37,660 nt of DNA from an uncultured Methanosarcinales archaeon (lineage in GTDB: Archaea > Nanobdellota > Nanobdellia > Woesearchaeales > GW2011-AR9): assembly GCA_964502785.1 (NCBI GenBank), contig CAZCXW010000006.1, forward strand, positions 1 to 37,660, given 5' to 3'. This document shows positions 7,910-17,029 of this stretch, piece by piece; position 1 is the stretch's first letter; the number at the start of each line of letters is the position of its first letter. Under the pieces are notes generated by a model. The model ran no database searches, was not told the origin of the DNA, and saw only the letters and a program-made list of their open reading frames with translations. Made by a program: the position numbers and the translations under genes.

Positions 7910-8487
7910 TTAAAGCAATTATTTTTGATTGGGGCGGTGTACTAGCTCCAGCTGATACAGAAATTGCCGCAATGAAACTCTCTAAACAATATAGTTGCGA
8001 CTTTGACCTTCTTAAACAGAAAATAAATGCTTATGAGAAAGAATGTTCTGATGGTGAAGATTATTCATTATTTTTAAAGAAGATTCAACAAGAATTTAGA
8101 ATTCCCTCTGCTGAATTAATCAAAGCTTTAGTTGAAATTCCTCCCGGAGAAGGTCTAAATATTGCTCGGCAGCTATCTAAAAGATTGAAAAAGTGTATTC
8201 TTTCCAACCAAATGCAATTTAAAGCTGATTATATTAAAATGAATTACGATCTTTCTTTTTTTAATCATGTTTTATTTTCAAGTGAAATTGGTGTTCAAAA
8301 GCCTTCAGAAAAAGCATTTAAAATCATTCTAGATCGATTAAATGAATTGCCGATGAATTGTTTGTTTGTTGATGATAAACTTGAAAATATCCAGATTGCG
8401 CAAAAATTAGGATTTCAAGTAATTCTTTGTAAGAATATTAATATTTTAGAGAATGGAATAAAAAAAGTTACAAAAGAATCTATTTAA
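7906..8487 (+). CDS. HAD-superfamily hydrolase (subfamily IA-like)
   Basis: IIFDWGGVL (motif I variant) and LFVDDKLENI (motif IV). ATGA overlap with the kinase gene. Confidence 0.7.
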   Translation: MIKAIIFDWGGVLAPADTEIAAMKLSKQYSCDFDLLKQKINAYEKECSDGEDYSLFLKKIQQEFRIPSAELIKALVEIPPGEGLNIARQLSKRLKKCILSNQMQFKADYIKMNYDLSFFNHVLFSSEIGVQKPSEKAFKIILDRLNELPMNCLFVDDKLENIQIAQKLGFQVILCKNINILENGIKKVTKESI

Positions 8488-9367
8488 CCACAATCTTGCT
8501 GTCCTGCGTGCTCATAATTCCATCAACAATAATACACGTTCCAGGTTTCGTAAATGTCCATTCGAATTTCTCTCCGGTTTTGAACGTTTTGCTGCGGACT
8601 TCACGGCAGCTGCGCACGCCAATAATCATCCCTTGCCCAACTTTTCCGGAACGGACAAGCTCCCAAGTAACCGTATCTCCTGCTTTAATCTCCAAAACTT
8701 TCGGATCAAAACCTATCTCCGTCATCATCACTTGATGTTTCTCCGTTCTTTTCGTTTCGGGAAGGACTCCCTCCGTTTCCTTTGTTTTTTCTTGCTGTTC
8801 TCCTTCCGTTTTCTGCTCTTCTTTTTTAACTTCTACAGATACTTTTTCCTCCGCGGGTTCTACTTTGGCGACAACATTACTCGTAATCGTGGATCCCTCA
8901 GAAGCCTCTTTAGAAGAAGTATCTTCTTTTTCTTTGGTAAAGAAACTTGTGACACGCAAGGCTAAAGAAGCGAAAGTAAATTTAATTTTATTTCCAAGTC
9001 CCATTACATTATATGTAATTTTTTTTGACTTTAATGCATCCTGGAAGGCGGTTAATGGATTTTCAGCACTCATAATTGTTTCAATGACAACTTGTTCCAC
9101 ATATACTTTTAATGTTGGCTTTTCCACTCCTTTGTCATTAACTTCAGCAAGAATTCCATCTTCCGTGACGATTCCATATGTTGATTCCTGGCCACCAGTC
9201 CTACTAATATAAATGTTAATGCGCTGATCCCCAAATAAAGGTCTGGCAAACGATGGCAATTCCGCTCCTTTCGCTATTTCTTCAGGCAAAAGTGTTTGCG
9301 GCGCTTCAGCAATCACAAAAGAGCTGATTATTATTATACTGAATATGAAAACGATTAATTTTCTCAT
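8480..9367 (-). CDS. secreted/anchored protein with C-terminal cupredoxin-like domain lacking Cu ligands
   Basis: I prefer the start MRKLIVFIFSIIIISSFVIAEA (signal/anchor) at 9367. There is an E/K-rich linker. The C-terminus LEIKAGDTVTWEL...FTKPGTCIIVDGIMS follows the cupredoxin pattern, but both His ligands are absent. Confidence 0.45.
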   Translation of the reverse strand: MRKLIVFIFSIIIISSFVIAEAPQTLLPEEIAKGAELPSFARPLFGDQRINIYISRTGGQESTYGIVTEDGILAEVNDKGVEKPTLKVYVEQVVIETIMSAENPLTAFQDALKSKKITYNVMGLGNKIKFTFASLALRVTSFFTKEKEDTSSKEASEGSTITSNVVAKVEPAEEKVSVEVKKEEQKTEGEQQEKTKETEGVLPETKRTEKHQVMMTEIGFDPKVLEIKAGDTVTWELVRSGKVGQGMIIGVRSCREVRSKTFKTGEKFEWTFTKPGTCIIVDGIMSTQDSKIVVK

Positions 9368-9441
9368 ATTGTTCTTGTAAGAAAAATAATGATTATAAAT
9401 GTTTCGATAGTCAGACTCTTTCACAGCAATCGAGATATAAA

Positions 9442-9915
9442 CTATGATGTGCTTTCTTCTTCCCCTTCATCTTCCCGGCGGATTACTTTTACAGCATCCA
9501 TTTTAACGGTGATGGGGATAGGCACTGCCGACTCCAATAATTCTACGACTATCTCTTCCTTTGGCTTATTGACACGCATAACTTTAGCATTTTCTCTCTT
9601 AAATGGACCGGAAATAATTTCGACGATGTCATTCTTATGGATATTCATCTCAACTTTTACTTGCTCAAGCATATGCTCAATTTCTTGGTAAGGGATTTCA
9701 GTAGGAAGCAAGCCTCGAGCGTAGGGTACACCCTGCAGGACAATTTCAGCATCAGCTTTCGCTGTGGCTTCAATGAAAATATATCCCCTCATGCCGTGCG
9801 GCCTAATGACGGCGACGATGCCTTTAGGCTCCTTTTGTAATTTAGAGATGAGATAATCTACAACTTGATCTTCTCGGTTTGCTGCCGTTCGGACGCTAAA
9901 GATATGTGTTTCCAT
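9442..9915 (-). CDS. spt5: transcription elongation factor Spt5 (archaeal NusG)
   Basis: NGN domain (IFSVRTAANRE..) plus KOW (GDIVEIISGPFKRENAKVMRV). It lies directly downstream of secE. Confidence 0.9.
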   Translation of the reverse strand: METHIFSVRTAANREDQVVDYLISKLQKEPKGIVAVIRPHGMRGYIFIEATAKADAEIVLQGVPYARGLLPTEIPYQEIEHMLEQVKVEMNIHKNDIVEIISGPFKRENAKVMRVNKPKEEIVVELLESAVPIPITVKMDAVKVIRREDEGEEESTS

Positions 9916-9917
9916 TT

Positions 9918-10109
9918 TTACCTAAATAATAGTTCTTTGCCAAGGAAAATGATGAACCCTAATAAGCCAATAAGAGCGATGCCAATTGCCGTTACTTTTA
10001 CGAGGCTCTGGTATTCTTCCTTGCCTGGTTTCTTTGTGATACGAATGACGCGAATCGTTTCTTTTATAAACCTTTTTACTTTATTTGGCTGGACTTCTTC
10101 TTGTTCCAT
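9918..10109 (-). CDS. secE: protein translocase subunit SecE / Sec61-gamma
   Basis: KPGKEEY followed by a single TM helix VTAIGIALIGLLGFIIFL. I prefer Met-30 of the track ORF (ATG at 10109, 63 aa), which removes the overlap with the divergent UDG gene. Confidence 0.8.
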   Translation of the reverse strand: MEQEEVQPNKVKRFIKETIRVIRITKKPGKEEYQSLVKVTAIGIALIGLLGFIIFLGKELLFR

Positions 10110-10181
10110 AGGGGTATCAACAAGGAAATGCTTTATAAAATTTTCTAAATACTTTTTAAATCTCCTTCTCTCTAGGTTGAG

Positions 10182-10769
10182 ATGGACCCTTTTCATTCTT
10201 TGCGTGAGGAGTATCGTTTTTGTCAGCGCTGTCCAGCTTTAGTACAAAATAGGACACAAGTCGTCTTTGGTTCCGGCAATCCTCTCGCAAAAGTTCTTTT
10301 TATCGGTGAAGCGCCAGGCTTGAACGAGGATAAGCAAGGAGTGCCATTTTGCGGGATGTCAGGGAAGGTGCTTCAGGAATTGCTTGCCGCTGGTAATATT
10401 TCTCGTGAAGACATTTTCATCACGAACACAATTCTTTGTCATCCTCCAGCCAATCGGAATCCAGCTCGGGAAGAAGTAGAAAATTGTCATGATCGTCTTG
10501 ATAATCTAATCAAAATTATGCAGCCGAAAGTCATTGTAACGATAGGTAATTTTGCCACGCAGCGTATTTTAGGCAGAAATGGCGTCACGACGATTCATGG
10601 ACAGATTTTTACCGCATTAATTCGCGATCAAGAAATAAAAGTTGTGCCTATCATTCATCCAGCTAATTATCTTTACTCTGGAAGAAATCCTAAGTTGCTG
10701 CAGCAAATGAAAGATGATTTTACAGTTATCACAAAATTGATGCAAGAAAATGGGCTTGTTCGGGGTTAA
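10182..10769 (+). CDS. udg: family-4 uracil-DNA glycosylase
   Basis: CQRC near the N-terminus, GEAPGLNEDKQGVPFCGMSGKVL, and the C-terminal HPANYLY motif. Confidence 0.85.
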   Translation: MDPFHSLREEYRFCQRCPALVQNRTQVVFGSGNPLAKVLFIGEAPGLNEDKQGVPFCGMSGKVLQELLAAGNISREDIFITNTILCHPPANRNPAREEVENCHDRLDNLIKIMQPKVIVTIGNFATQRILGRNGVTTIHGQIFTALIRDQEIKVVPIIHPANYLYSGRNPKLLQQMKDDFTVITKLMQENGLVRG

Positions 10770-11566
10770 CTTCTGGGAACTTCTGAAAGACGCCATAGTG
10801 GAAACGATGAACTACAGCTTTCTCCTTCCAGTCTTGCTACAGTATTTTCAAGAGTTCTCTTTTCATTGCGAAGATATTTCCGTAATTTAGAAAAAACAAT
10901 GGCGGCCCTTTCATACAAGATTCGCGGTGTTGCCTCCGAGAAATCCTCAATATTTGTTATCGGACCATTACAATACTCCTGTAAAAATTCACGGAACCCA
11001 TTCTGTTCTTTTTTGGAACCAAAGCCTCCGATCCGCTGATGCTGAGGAACACGGACATAATTATCCCTGAGTGGCACTTCTGCGGTAGCGATGATTTCTG
11101 GATCAGGAAAATCATCTTTAATGTCTTCCGAATCAATTAAAGCATAGTACGCCGAAGGGGAACTGCAGATTTCAAATGATTGATACGCTAAGGGATGCAC
11201 GTAAGCCAGCGTAAAATACACTCCATTCATTCCTTCTGTTTGAGGAAGATAGATTCTTTTTGCGAGTGTGAGAGCGGCATCTTGATAACCATTGTTATTT
11301 TGAGTGAGCTGCTCAGCAAGTGTCGGCGAGTCAAGTATCTTTTTCACCAACAATCCTTGTAAAGAAGGCAATTTGGGAAATTCAAAAAAAGGCTGGCGGA
11401 TAATTTTGATTCTCTCAACTAAGAAAGATACTAAATCTTCTGCTGTTGGCGCTCGATATTTCCCGATAACCAGAAGGGAAATAAGATTATGAGGATCCAT
11501 GCCGGCGATTTTAGAGGCATAAACACCAGAACAAATTTCCTTGCAACCAGCTGATGATATGTCCAT
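10766..11566 (-). CDS. hypothetical protein, tandem paralog A
   Basis: 266-aa ORF that shares blocks with 11613..12437: GVYA..I, ISLL..G.Y..PTA, FTLA..HPLAY..F, Y.AID and a C-terminal PR(S/G). I recognise no family. Confidence 0.6.
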   Translation of the reverse strand: MDISSAGCKEICSGVYASKIAGMDPHNLISLLVIGKYRAPTAEDLVSFLVERIKIIRQPFFEFPKLPSLQGLLVKKILDSPTLAEQLTQNNNGYQDAALTLAKRIYLPQTEGMNGVYFTLAYVHPLAYQSFEICSSPSAYYALIDSEDIKDDFPDPEIIATAEVPLRDNYVRVPQHQRIGGFGSKKEQNGFREFLQEYCNGPITNIEDFSEATPRILYERAAIVFSKLRKYLRNEKRTLENTVARLEGESCSSSFPLWRLSEVPRS

Positions 11567-11612
11567 TCTTTATTTAGAGGAGGCTATTTTTAAAAATATT
11601 TCTAAGAAATTC

Positions 11613-12437
11613 CTATCCACGGGGGATTCGTCCGTGCGTCAAGACATGGTTGAAAGCTTGTCCCTCACCGAGAATTTGTTTCGTAGCTTCTCTAAAAGAG
11701 CGGGATCTGCTCTCCTGCTCGGAAAAGCTGATGTAATTGTTTAGCTGAGGTAAAACCTCCATCATTCTTTTTTTTAATACTCTCTCCGAAGCATCAGGAA
11801 GTTTTTGGATGTCGCTTGCCGTGATTATACCTGAAAAATATTGAGTAAGCAGAACCTGTAACCTTTGCTTTTCTTTTAAAGGTCCATCCCCTTGAAGTGT
11901 TAATTTATCGGGAATGGAGAGGGAACTTGTTCCGAAGAGAACTTCAGCAGAGGTTATTTCTCCATATTTCTCAAAAGTTTGTTCATCAATCGCGCGATAA
12001 AAAGTAGCAGGGTTTCTAGCCGTTTTAATAAATGCCAAATAAGCAAGAGGATGAATCCTGGCCAACGTAAAAAGAACCGCTTTTGACCCATTTCTCTCTA
12101 TTGGATACTTTTTTTCAAGATATGAAATCGCCTCCTCTCGCTCATCGCGGTGGTTGAAGGTTATCCTTTGCGCTAAACCAGTATATTTTGGCAGCTGCTT
12201 TTCCGCTTCTTTTTCCAAAGTGGATATGTTTTTTCTTTTTGATAGAATTGAATGCGGATTATGAGAATCAAACTTAGAAATCTCTTGCATCATAAATTCT
12301 AGGAATTCAACGGCAGTCGGTTCTTGGTATTGTCCCATCATCAGTAAAGAGATGGGCAATAATGGTTCAGCCGTTCTAATTTCCGTAGCGTAGACTCCTG
12401 GAAAAATGGAAGTATATCCCTTAATTACAGGCAGCAT
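11613..12437 (-). CDS. hypothetical protein, tandem paralog B
   Basis: 274-aa ORF, paralogous to 10766..11566 (see that entry). Confidence 0.6.
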   Translation of the reverse strand: MLPVIKGYTSIFPGVYATEIRTAEPLLPISLLMMGQYQEPTAVEFLEFMMQEISKFDSHNPHSILSKRKNISTLEKEAEKQLPKYTGLAQRITFNHRDEREEAISYLEKKYPIERNGSKAVLFTLARIHPLAYLAFIKTARNPATFYRAIDEQTFEKYGEITSAEVLFGTSSLSIPDKLTLQGDGPLKEKQRLQVLLTQYFSGIITASDIQKLPDASERVLKKRMMEVLPQLNNYISFSEQESRSRSFREATKQILGEGQAFNHVLTHGRIPRG

Positions 12438-12530
12438 TCACTTTTCGTCTTGGAAGTTATCTATTTAAGTTTTATGATGATAGACAGTTAACTTAAAGGC
12501 AGCCAGACTGAGGTATTATAAAGATTCATT

Positions 12531-12596
12531 TATACTAAAATGCGTTAGAATGTCAAAAATCACCCAGATATTTGATATCTAATGATTTTTAGTATA
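12531..12596 (-). repeat. mini-copy of the intergenic repeat with 10-bp terminal inverted repeats
   Basis: TATACTAAAA (12531-12540) and TTTTAGTATA (12587-12596) flank TGTCAAAAATCACCC. The reverse complement GGGTGATTTTTGACATTCTAACGCATTTTAGTATA matches 25846..25886. Confidence 0.6.
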
Positions 12597-12633
12597 CAAG
12601 CAACTTATAGTGAGAGCTTTTTCTATTTCTGTT

Positions 12634-15600
12634 TCACAGTTTCTCTCTCTTTTTCTTGAGGTATGATACATAAAATCCTGCAGACATCAATAGTATAAAA
12701 CTTCCAAATAAAGACCAAAATTGCCAGGAACTTATGACTTGCTCACGGACAGTTTTAAGAACTGCCGCTCCCGTCAGCGCATTGCTTTCTTCCGTTTCAT
12801 TAATGACATCTGTTACCGCCGCTGTGGTAATGGCAGAACCTTCCGTATTTTCTGTTGCGCCTTCTGCACTTTCATCCGTTTCTTCACTACCGGTAATTGA
12901 TAAATCGCCTTCGTTAACCGAAGCTTCCGCTTCAGAGCTATCCAGCTGGGCTGCAGACTGTGAAGAACCACCAGCTCCTCCTGATGCACCGCCTCCCGAA
13001 CTACCCCCAGTAGATCCACCAGCGCTTCCGCCAGAAGAACCTCCTGAACTATTACTGTTAGCATTACAAGCAGCGCAAGATCCTCCGCAATCAACTCCTG
13101 TTTCATCACCGTTCTTGAGCGTGTCAGTGCATGATGTAACAAGGAAACTCATAAATGTCGTATTGAGGTTTTTGAGAGGAGAATTATCCCGTATTTCAAT
13201 AGAGACGCTTTTATTCCCTTCCGTGAAAGCGCCAAAAGACCATTGGCAATCCATGTTTGTCGTATTGGATGAACAACTGCCGCTGATAGGATTATTTTGA
13301 AATAATAGAGTAGTATTATAAATTCCAGACTCATCAACGAAAGAACTATTAATTCTCATGGTTGTTCCATCCCGCTGGATGTGAAGTTCTGCAGGATAAA
13401 CCACGCTGATAAAGCGAGGGGCAGTTGTATCCGAAGAATTAATTGAAGAATTCACAACGTTGAAATAAAATGGTGTTGTCGTGGCCGCAAGACCATCGCT
13501 TACGGCAAGAGAGCCGCTAACATTGGCAATGGTCAAGAAATTTTTTGTAAATGCTGTTGTCGTGTAACTTGTTCCATCGCTAAAAATCCAAATATAAGAA
13601 AGGGAATCTCCATCATCATCCAGCGCGCTCACATTAAATAATAAAGAAGATCCAAGGGGCATGCTGCTGTTTAAAGCAGGAGAAATAACGGTGACTGCCG
13701 GCGGTCTATTTTGCACGGTAAAATTGAAATCAGGCGATTGCTGCGTATTTCCAGCGCGGTCTTGCGCGGTGAAATAATAATCGATTCTTTTTTGATTGGA
13801 AAGATTTGTTTTTCCTGCAAGAGTATACGTAAATGATCCTACTAATCCGGAGAATACGAATGTGTTCATTGCATACGAAATCCAGATACCGCTCACGTTA
13901 GAAACAAAGAAAACTGTGGAATTACTTGGAAATAAATCAGTAACATCTAAACTCAGCATAACCGAATCATTATTGTGAACAATAGCAGGAGATTGCTGGA
14001 AATTGGAAAGGACAGGTGCACTTCTGTCAATGTAAAATTCCTGTGCCAAAGAAAAAGGATACCCTAAAGAATCGTTGCCGATAACGGTTAAAGTATAATT
14101 TCCTTCAGCAATATTAATGAGTTCTGCCCACGTAAAGTCAGTTACATTTGCCAAAAGAGTGCTATTCTCTTGGATTGTTGCTCCAGATTGATTTGCTACA
14201 CTATAAGAAGAAAACAATAGCCCGTCCATGTCAGAAAGGGAAATATTAAGAAGGAAAGTAGTATTGTAAAATGCGGCAGCCTGCGGTGAAGTGATGGTAA
14301 TTATTCCATTGCTATTCACAGATGCATTTGATGAAGAGGTGTTTGAGGGGATGATTGAAAGATTAAATGTAAGCAATTCTGTGCTGTTGCTTCTATTGTT
14401 TAAATCGAACAGAGTTACTTTTACATCGTATGTTCCTGTCGTTAAATTTGTTTTCGTTAACAGTGCAGAGTTGCCTATAATATTCATGCTTTCATTAACA
14501 TCATTCCATTGAAGAATTGCTCCTTGTAAAGGTTTATTTGAAGCGACATTGATCGTAATATTGGAAAAATTTGAAATGGAATTCTGGAGCGGCGTAGGAT
14601 CGCTGAAAGCCACGGCGGGGGAAGTATCGTCTAACGAAAGCAACGCATTGAGAACATCAATTCTGGAATATTGTGAGACTGGCGAAGTTGCGCCATCAAG
14701 AATAGTTATCCCTGTTGTCGCAAAAACTTGTTGAGCTTGGAGAGGTTCTAAAGGAAAACCTTTTGTTATTTTCATAAACTGCTGCAGGAGCGCCAGAGCG
14801 CCGGAAACATGGGGAGTGGCCATGGATGTTCCTGATCTTGTTAAGACCCCCCCGTTCAAGTTTAACGAATGAATTGATGAACCTGGAGCAACGATAAGGT
14901 TATTAAACGAAGGATAGCGGAAAGCATAGGAAGCCATCGCATTAAACTTGTTTGTAGCTGTTACAGCAGTAGAGTTTTGAATGCATGCTGGGGAAGCAAT
15001 CCCGGCAGTTGCATTGGGATAATTTGGATTGGTATTGCCGCTCGCAGCAATAACACTAATGTTTTTTGCCACAGCAGCGTTAATGAAAGGAGCTAAAATA
15101 TCATCGTTACAATAGGATGAACTCTGTCCACCACCTAAGCTCATGCTGATGATTGATATATTATATAATGTTGAATTACTAATACACCAATCGAGACCGG
15201 CAATGACATCATTATCATTGCAATTGCCGTTGCTGTCGCAGACTTTAATAGCGATAATTTTTGCACGAGGGGCAACTCCTTTAAATATAGCATCTTCAGA
15301 AGCGATGATTCCTGCAACATGTGTTCCATGTCCCTCATCATCTAAAGGGTCTTGATCGTCATTAGAATAATCATACCCATTGATCACTTTTGCGCATGCG
15401 CCGTTAAGAAATGAAGATGTGGAACAGTTTCCTAATGCCGGGTGTTGATAATCAACTCCCGTATCCAAAACGCAAACCGTTTCGCCGCTGCCGTCTATCG
15501 GGATATTGTTGTATGTAAAATTCCATACTGTTGTTGCATTCATAAGAGGCACTGATTCATTTAAGAAAATTTTTTTGATGCCATTCAGCACAATTTTTTC

Positions 15601-15951
15601 GACGCGCGGGTCATTCGTTAATTCTTGCAGTCCTTTTTGAGAGATGCTCCCGGCTAGAGCAGGAATTGAGGTATACTGCTGCTCAACCCTAAAATCGTCC
15701 TCCACGCTCTGGAGCAGGTTATCTTTTTTATTGACTGTATTTAATAACGCTTGTTGTTTTTCTGCAATCCCTTCTTTTCTGGATTCTTCATTCGCAGTTT
15801 GCGTTACAGCATCTTCTTTAAGTATAACAATTACAGAGACAGCAGAATCATACTTTAAAGCTTCATGGATGGCGGAGTCGGTATCTACAGCGGCCACAAC
15901 AAGAGGCAAACAAAATAATAATAAAGCTCCTAATAATATCTTTTTCCCCAT
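12634..15951 (-). CDS. giant secreted S8 subtilisin-like protease with Ig/PKD-like repeats and C-terminal TM anchor
   Basis: Signal peptide and catalytic triad motifs DTGVDYQHPAL, HGTHVAGI and GTSMATPHVSG. PKD-like DDDGDSLSYIWIFSDGT and a Cys motif CTDTLKNGDETGVDCGGSCAAC. A Gly/Ser linker, a terminal TM helix plus KKKREKL, and many N-x-S/T sequons. Confidence 0.9.
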   Translation of the reverse strand: MGKKILLGALLLFCLPLVVAAVDTDSAIHEALKYDSAVSVIVILKEDAVTQTANEESRKEGIAEKQQALLNTVNKKDNLLQSVEDDFRVEQQYTSIPALAGSISQKGLQELTNDPRVEKIVLNGIKKIFLNESVPLMNATTVWNFTYNNIPIDGSGETVCVLDTGVDYQHPALGNCSTSSFLNGACAKVINGYDYSNDDQDPLDDEGHGTHVAGIIASEDAIFKGVAPRAKIIAIKVCDSNGNCNDNDVIAGLDWCISNSTLYNISIISMSLGGGQSSSYCNDDILAPFINAAVAKNISVIAASGNTNPNYPNATAGIASPACIQNSTAVTATNKFNAMASYAFRYPSFNNLIVAPGSSIHSLNLNGGVLTRSGTSMATPHVSGALALLQQFMKITKGFPLEPLQAQQVFATTGITILDGATSPVSQYSRIDVLNALLSLDDTSPAVAFSDPTPLQNSISNFSNITINVASNKPLQGAILQWNDVNESMNIIGNSALLTKTNLTTGTYDVKVTLFDLNNRSNSTELLTFNLSIIPSNTSSSNASVNSNGIITITSPQAAAFYNTTFLLNISLSDMDGLLFSSYSVANQSGATIQENSTLLANVTDFTWAELINIAEGNYTLTVIGNDSLGYPFSLAQEFYIDRSAPVLSNFQQSPAIVHNNDSVMLSLDVTDLFPSNSTVFFVSNVSGIWISYAMNTFVFSGLVGSFTYTLAGKTNLSNQKRIDYYFTAQDRAGNTQQSPDFNFTVQNRPPAVTVISPALNSSMPLGSSLLFNVSALDDDGDSLSYIWIFSDGTSYTTTAFTKNFLTIANVSGSLAVSDGLAATTTPFYFNVVNSSINSSDTTAPRFISVVYPAELHIQRDGTTMRINSSFVDESGIYNTTLLFQNNPISGSCSSNTTNMDCQWSFGAFTEGNKSVSIEIRDNSPLKNLNTTFMSFLVTSCTDTLKNGDETGVDCGGSCAACNANSNSSGGSSGGSAGGSTGGSSGGGASGGAGGSSQSAAQLDSSEAEASVNEGDLSITGSEETDESAEGATENTEGSAITTAAVTDVINETEESNALTGAAVLKTVREQVISSWQFWSLFGSFILLMSAGFYVSYLKKKREKL

Positions 15952-15952
15952 T

Positions 15953-16900
15953 TTAAATCATCACCATTTTATTAAAATCTTGTATAAACATTGAACCGAT
16001 TCCTCTCCCCATCTGGAAAGAGAAAGTATTTGTAACCCCTGTCAGAAATTCAAAAAATCCAGGCTCTTTTTCATAGACTGTAAAAGAAGGCTCTTTGATA
16101 CCCTGCTGTTCTAAATAAGACTTTACAGTATCTTTATTGCCGAGCACATCAACGAGACCAAGCTTTTTCGCTTCCACACCAAGGAAAAATTCTCCTGTTG
16201 CCGATTCCTGCACCTTTGCTAATGGCAGTTTTCGGTTCTGAGCAACCTCTTCGATAAAAAAGTCATGAATTAGATTTAATTTTCCTTGCAAAATTGTTCT
16301 TTCATCATTCTGGAGCTTGCGGAAAGGCGTTCCTATATCTTTGTACTTCCCAGCAATTAACTTTTCATACCCAACACCATATTCGTCCATTAGACCGCTG
16401 AATTCTAAATAAGAGGAAATAACACCTATGCTTCCGGTGATAGACATCCTTTGCGCAACAATATAATCTGTCGAAGAAGCGACCCAGTATCCTCCGGAAG
16501 CGCCGACTTCACGGATATATGCAACAACAGGCTTGCTGACACTCTTAACTGCCGTCGCAATTTCATCAGAAGCGACAGCGGAACCTCCCGGCGAGTTGAT
16601 CTCCAAGACAATCGCTTCAATCTGCGCATCTTTACTCGCTTCTTCAATAAATTCGATAATTGTTTTGGAAGAAGCTGTAGGCTGGCCAAAGTATTGCGTA
16701 CCATCCGTAGTAATGACACCTTCGATGGGAATAAGAGCAACATTGCCGGTTTGATAGTCTTTTATTGAGGGAGATGTGAATGACGCAATAAGAAAAAATA
16801 AGCCTATGGGAAGGACGATGAAGAAGAAAAGAAAAACACCAAGGAGAGTGTATAATATGACCTTCCCCGTACTGGCGGCAGGCTTGTCTCCTTTTTGCAT
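15953..16900 (-). CDS. sppA: signal peptide peptidase SppA (S49)
   Basis: VGASGGYW nucleophile motif and an N-terminal TM segment. I prefer the start MQKGDKP at 16900. The stop lies 1 nt from the subtilase start. Confidence 0.85.
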   Translation of the reverse strand: MQKGDKPAASTGKVILYTLLGVFLFFFIVLPIGLFFLIASFTSPSIKDYQTGNVALIPIEGVITTDGTQYFGQPTASSKTIIEFIEEASKDAQIEAIVLEINSPGGSAVASDEIATAVKSVSKPVVAYIREVGASGGYWVASSTDYIVAQRMSITGSIGVISSYLEFSGLMDEYGVGYEKLIAGKYKDIGTPFRKLQNDERTILQGKLNLIHDFFIEEVAQNRKLPLAKVQESATGEFFLGVEAKKLGLVDVLGNKDTVKSYLEQQGIKEPSFTVYEKEPGFFEFLTGVTNTFSFQMGRGIGSMFIQDFNKMVMI

Positions 16901-17029
16901 GGGGAAAAGAAAATGAAGAAATTTATAAAGATTGTTGTTTGGGACGTGGGAAGTGAAATGATTAGTACTTGATGTACATACTCCCTCTATGTACAAAGGC
17001 AGATGCAAATAAATAGAAATCTACATTCA

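Noticed and set aside
12474-12511. C/D-box sRNA look-alike: AUGAUGA at 12474-12480 and CUGA at 12508-12511 on the plus strand
   Set aside because: There are only 27 nt between the boxes, no recognisable D'/C' boxes and no terminal stem. AUGAUGA is expected several times by chance in this AT-rich sequence.
12529-12567. Near-consensus bacterial sigma-70 promoter geometry (TTGACA-N16-TATAAA) in the repeat tail
   Set aside because: The gene content and the tRNA intron indicate an archaeon, so -35/-10 logic should not apply. I keep only the TATA-like part as a possible archaeal promoter (see findings).
12950-13060. Repetitive GC-rich DNA that could look like a tandem repeat or CRISPR-like array
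   Set aside because: It is the in-frame Gly/Ser linker (SGGSSGGSAGGSTGGSSGGGASGGAGGSS) of the subtilase on the minus strand. It has no spacer/repeat periodicity.
12734-13300. 188-aa plus-strand ORF rich in Pro/Ala/Ser
   Set aside because: It is antisense to the subtilase low-complexity region and is a typical shadow ORF. The same applies to 12813..13142, 13149..13337 and the other short ORFs inside 12634..15951.
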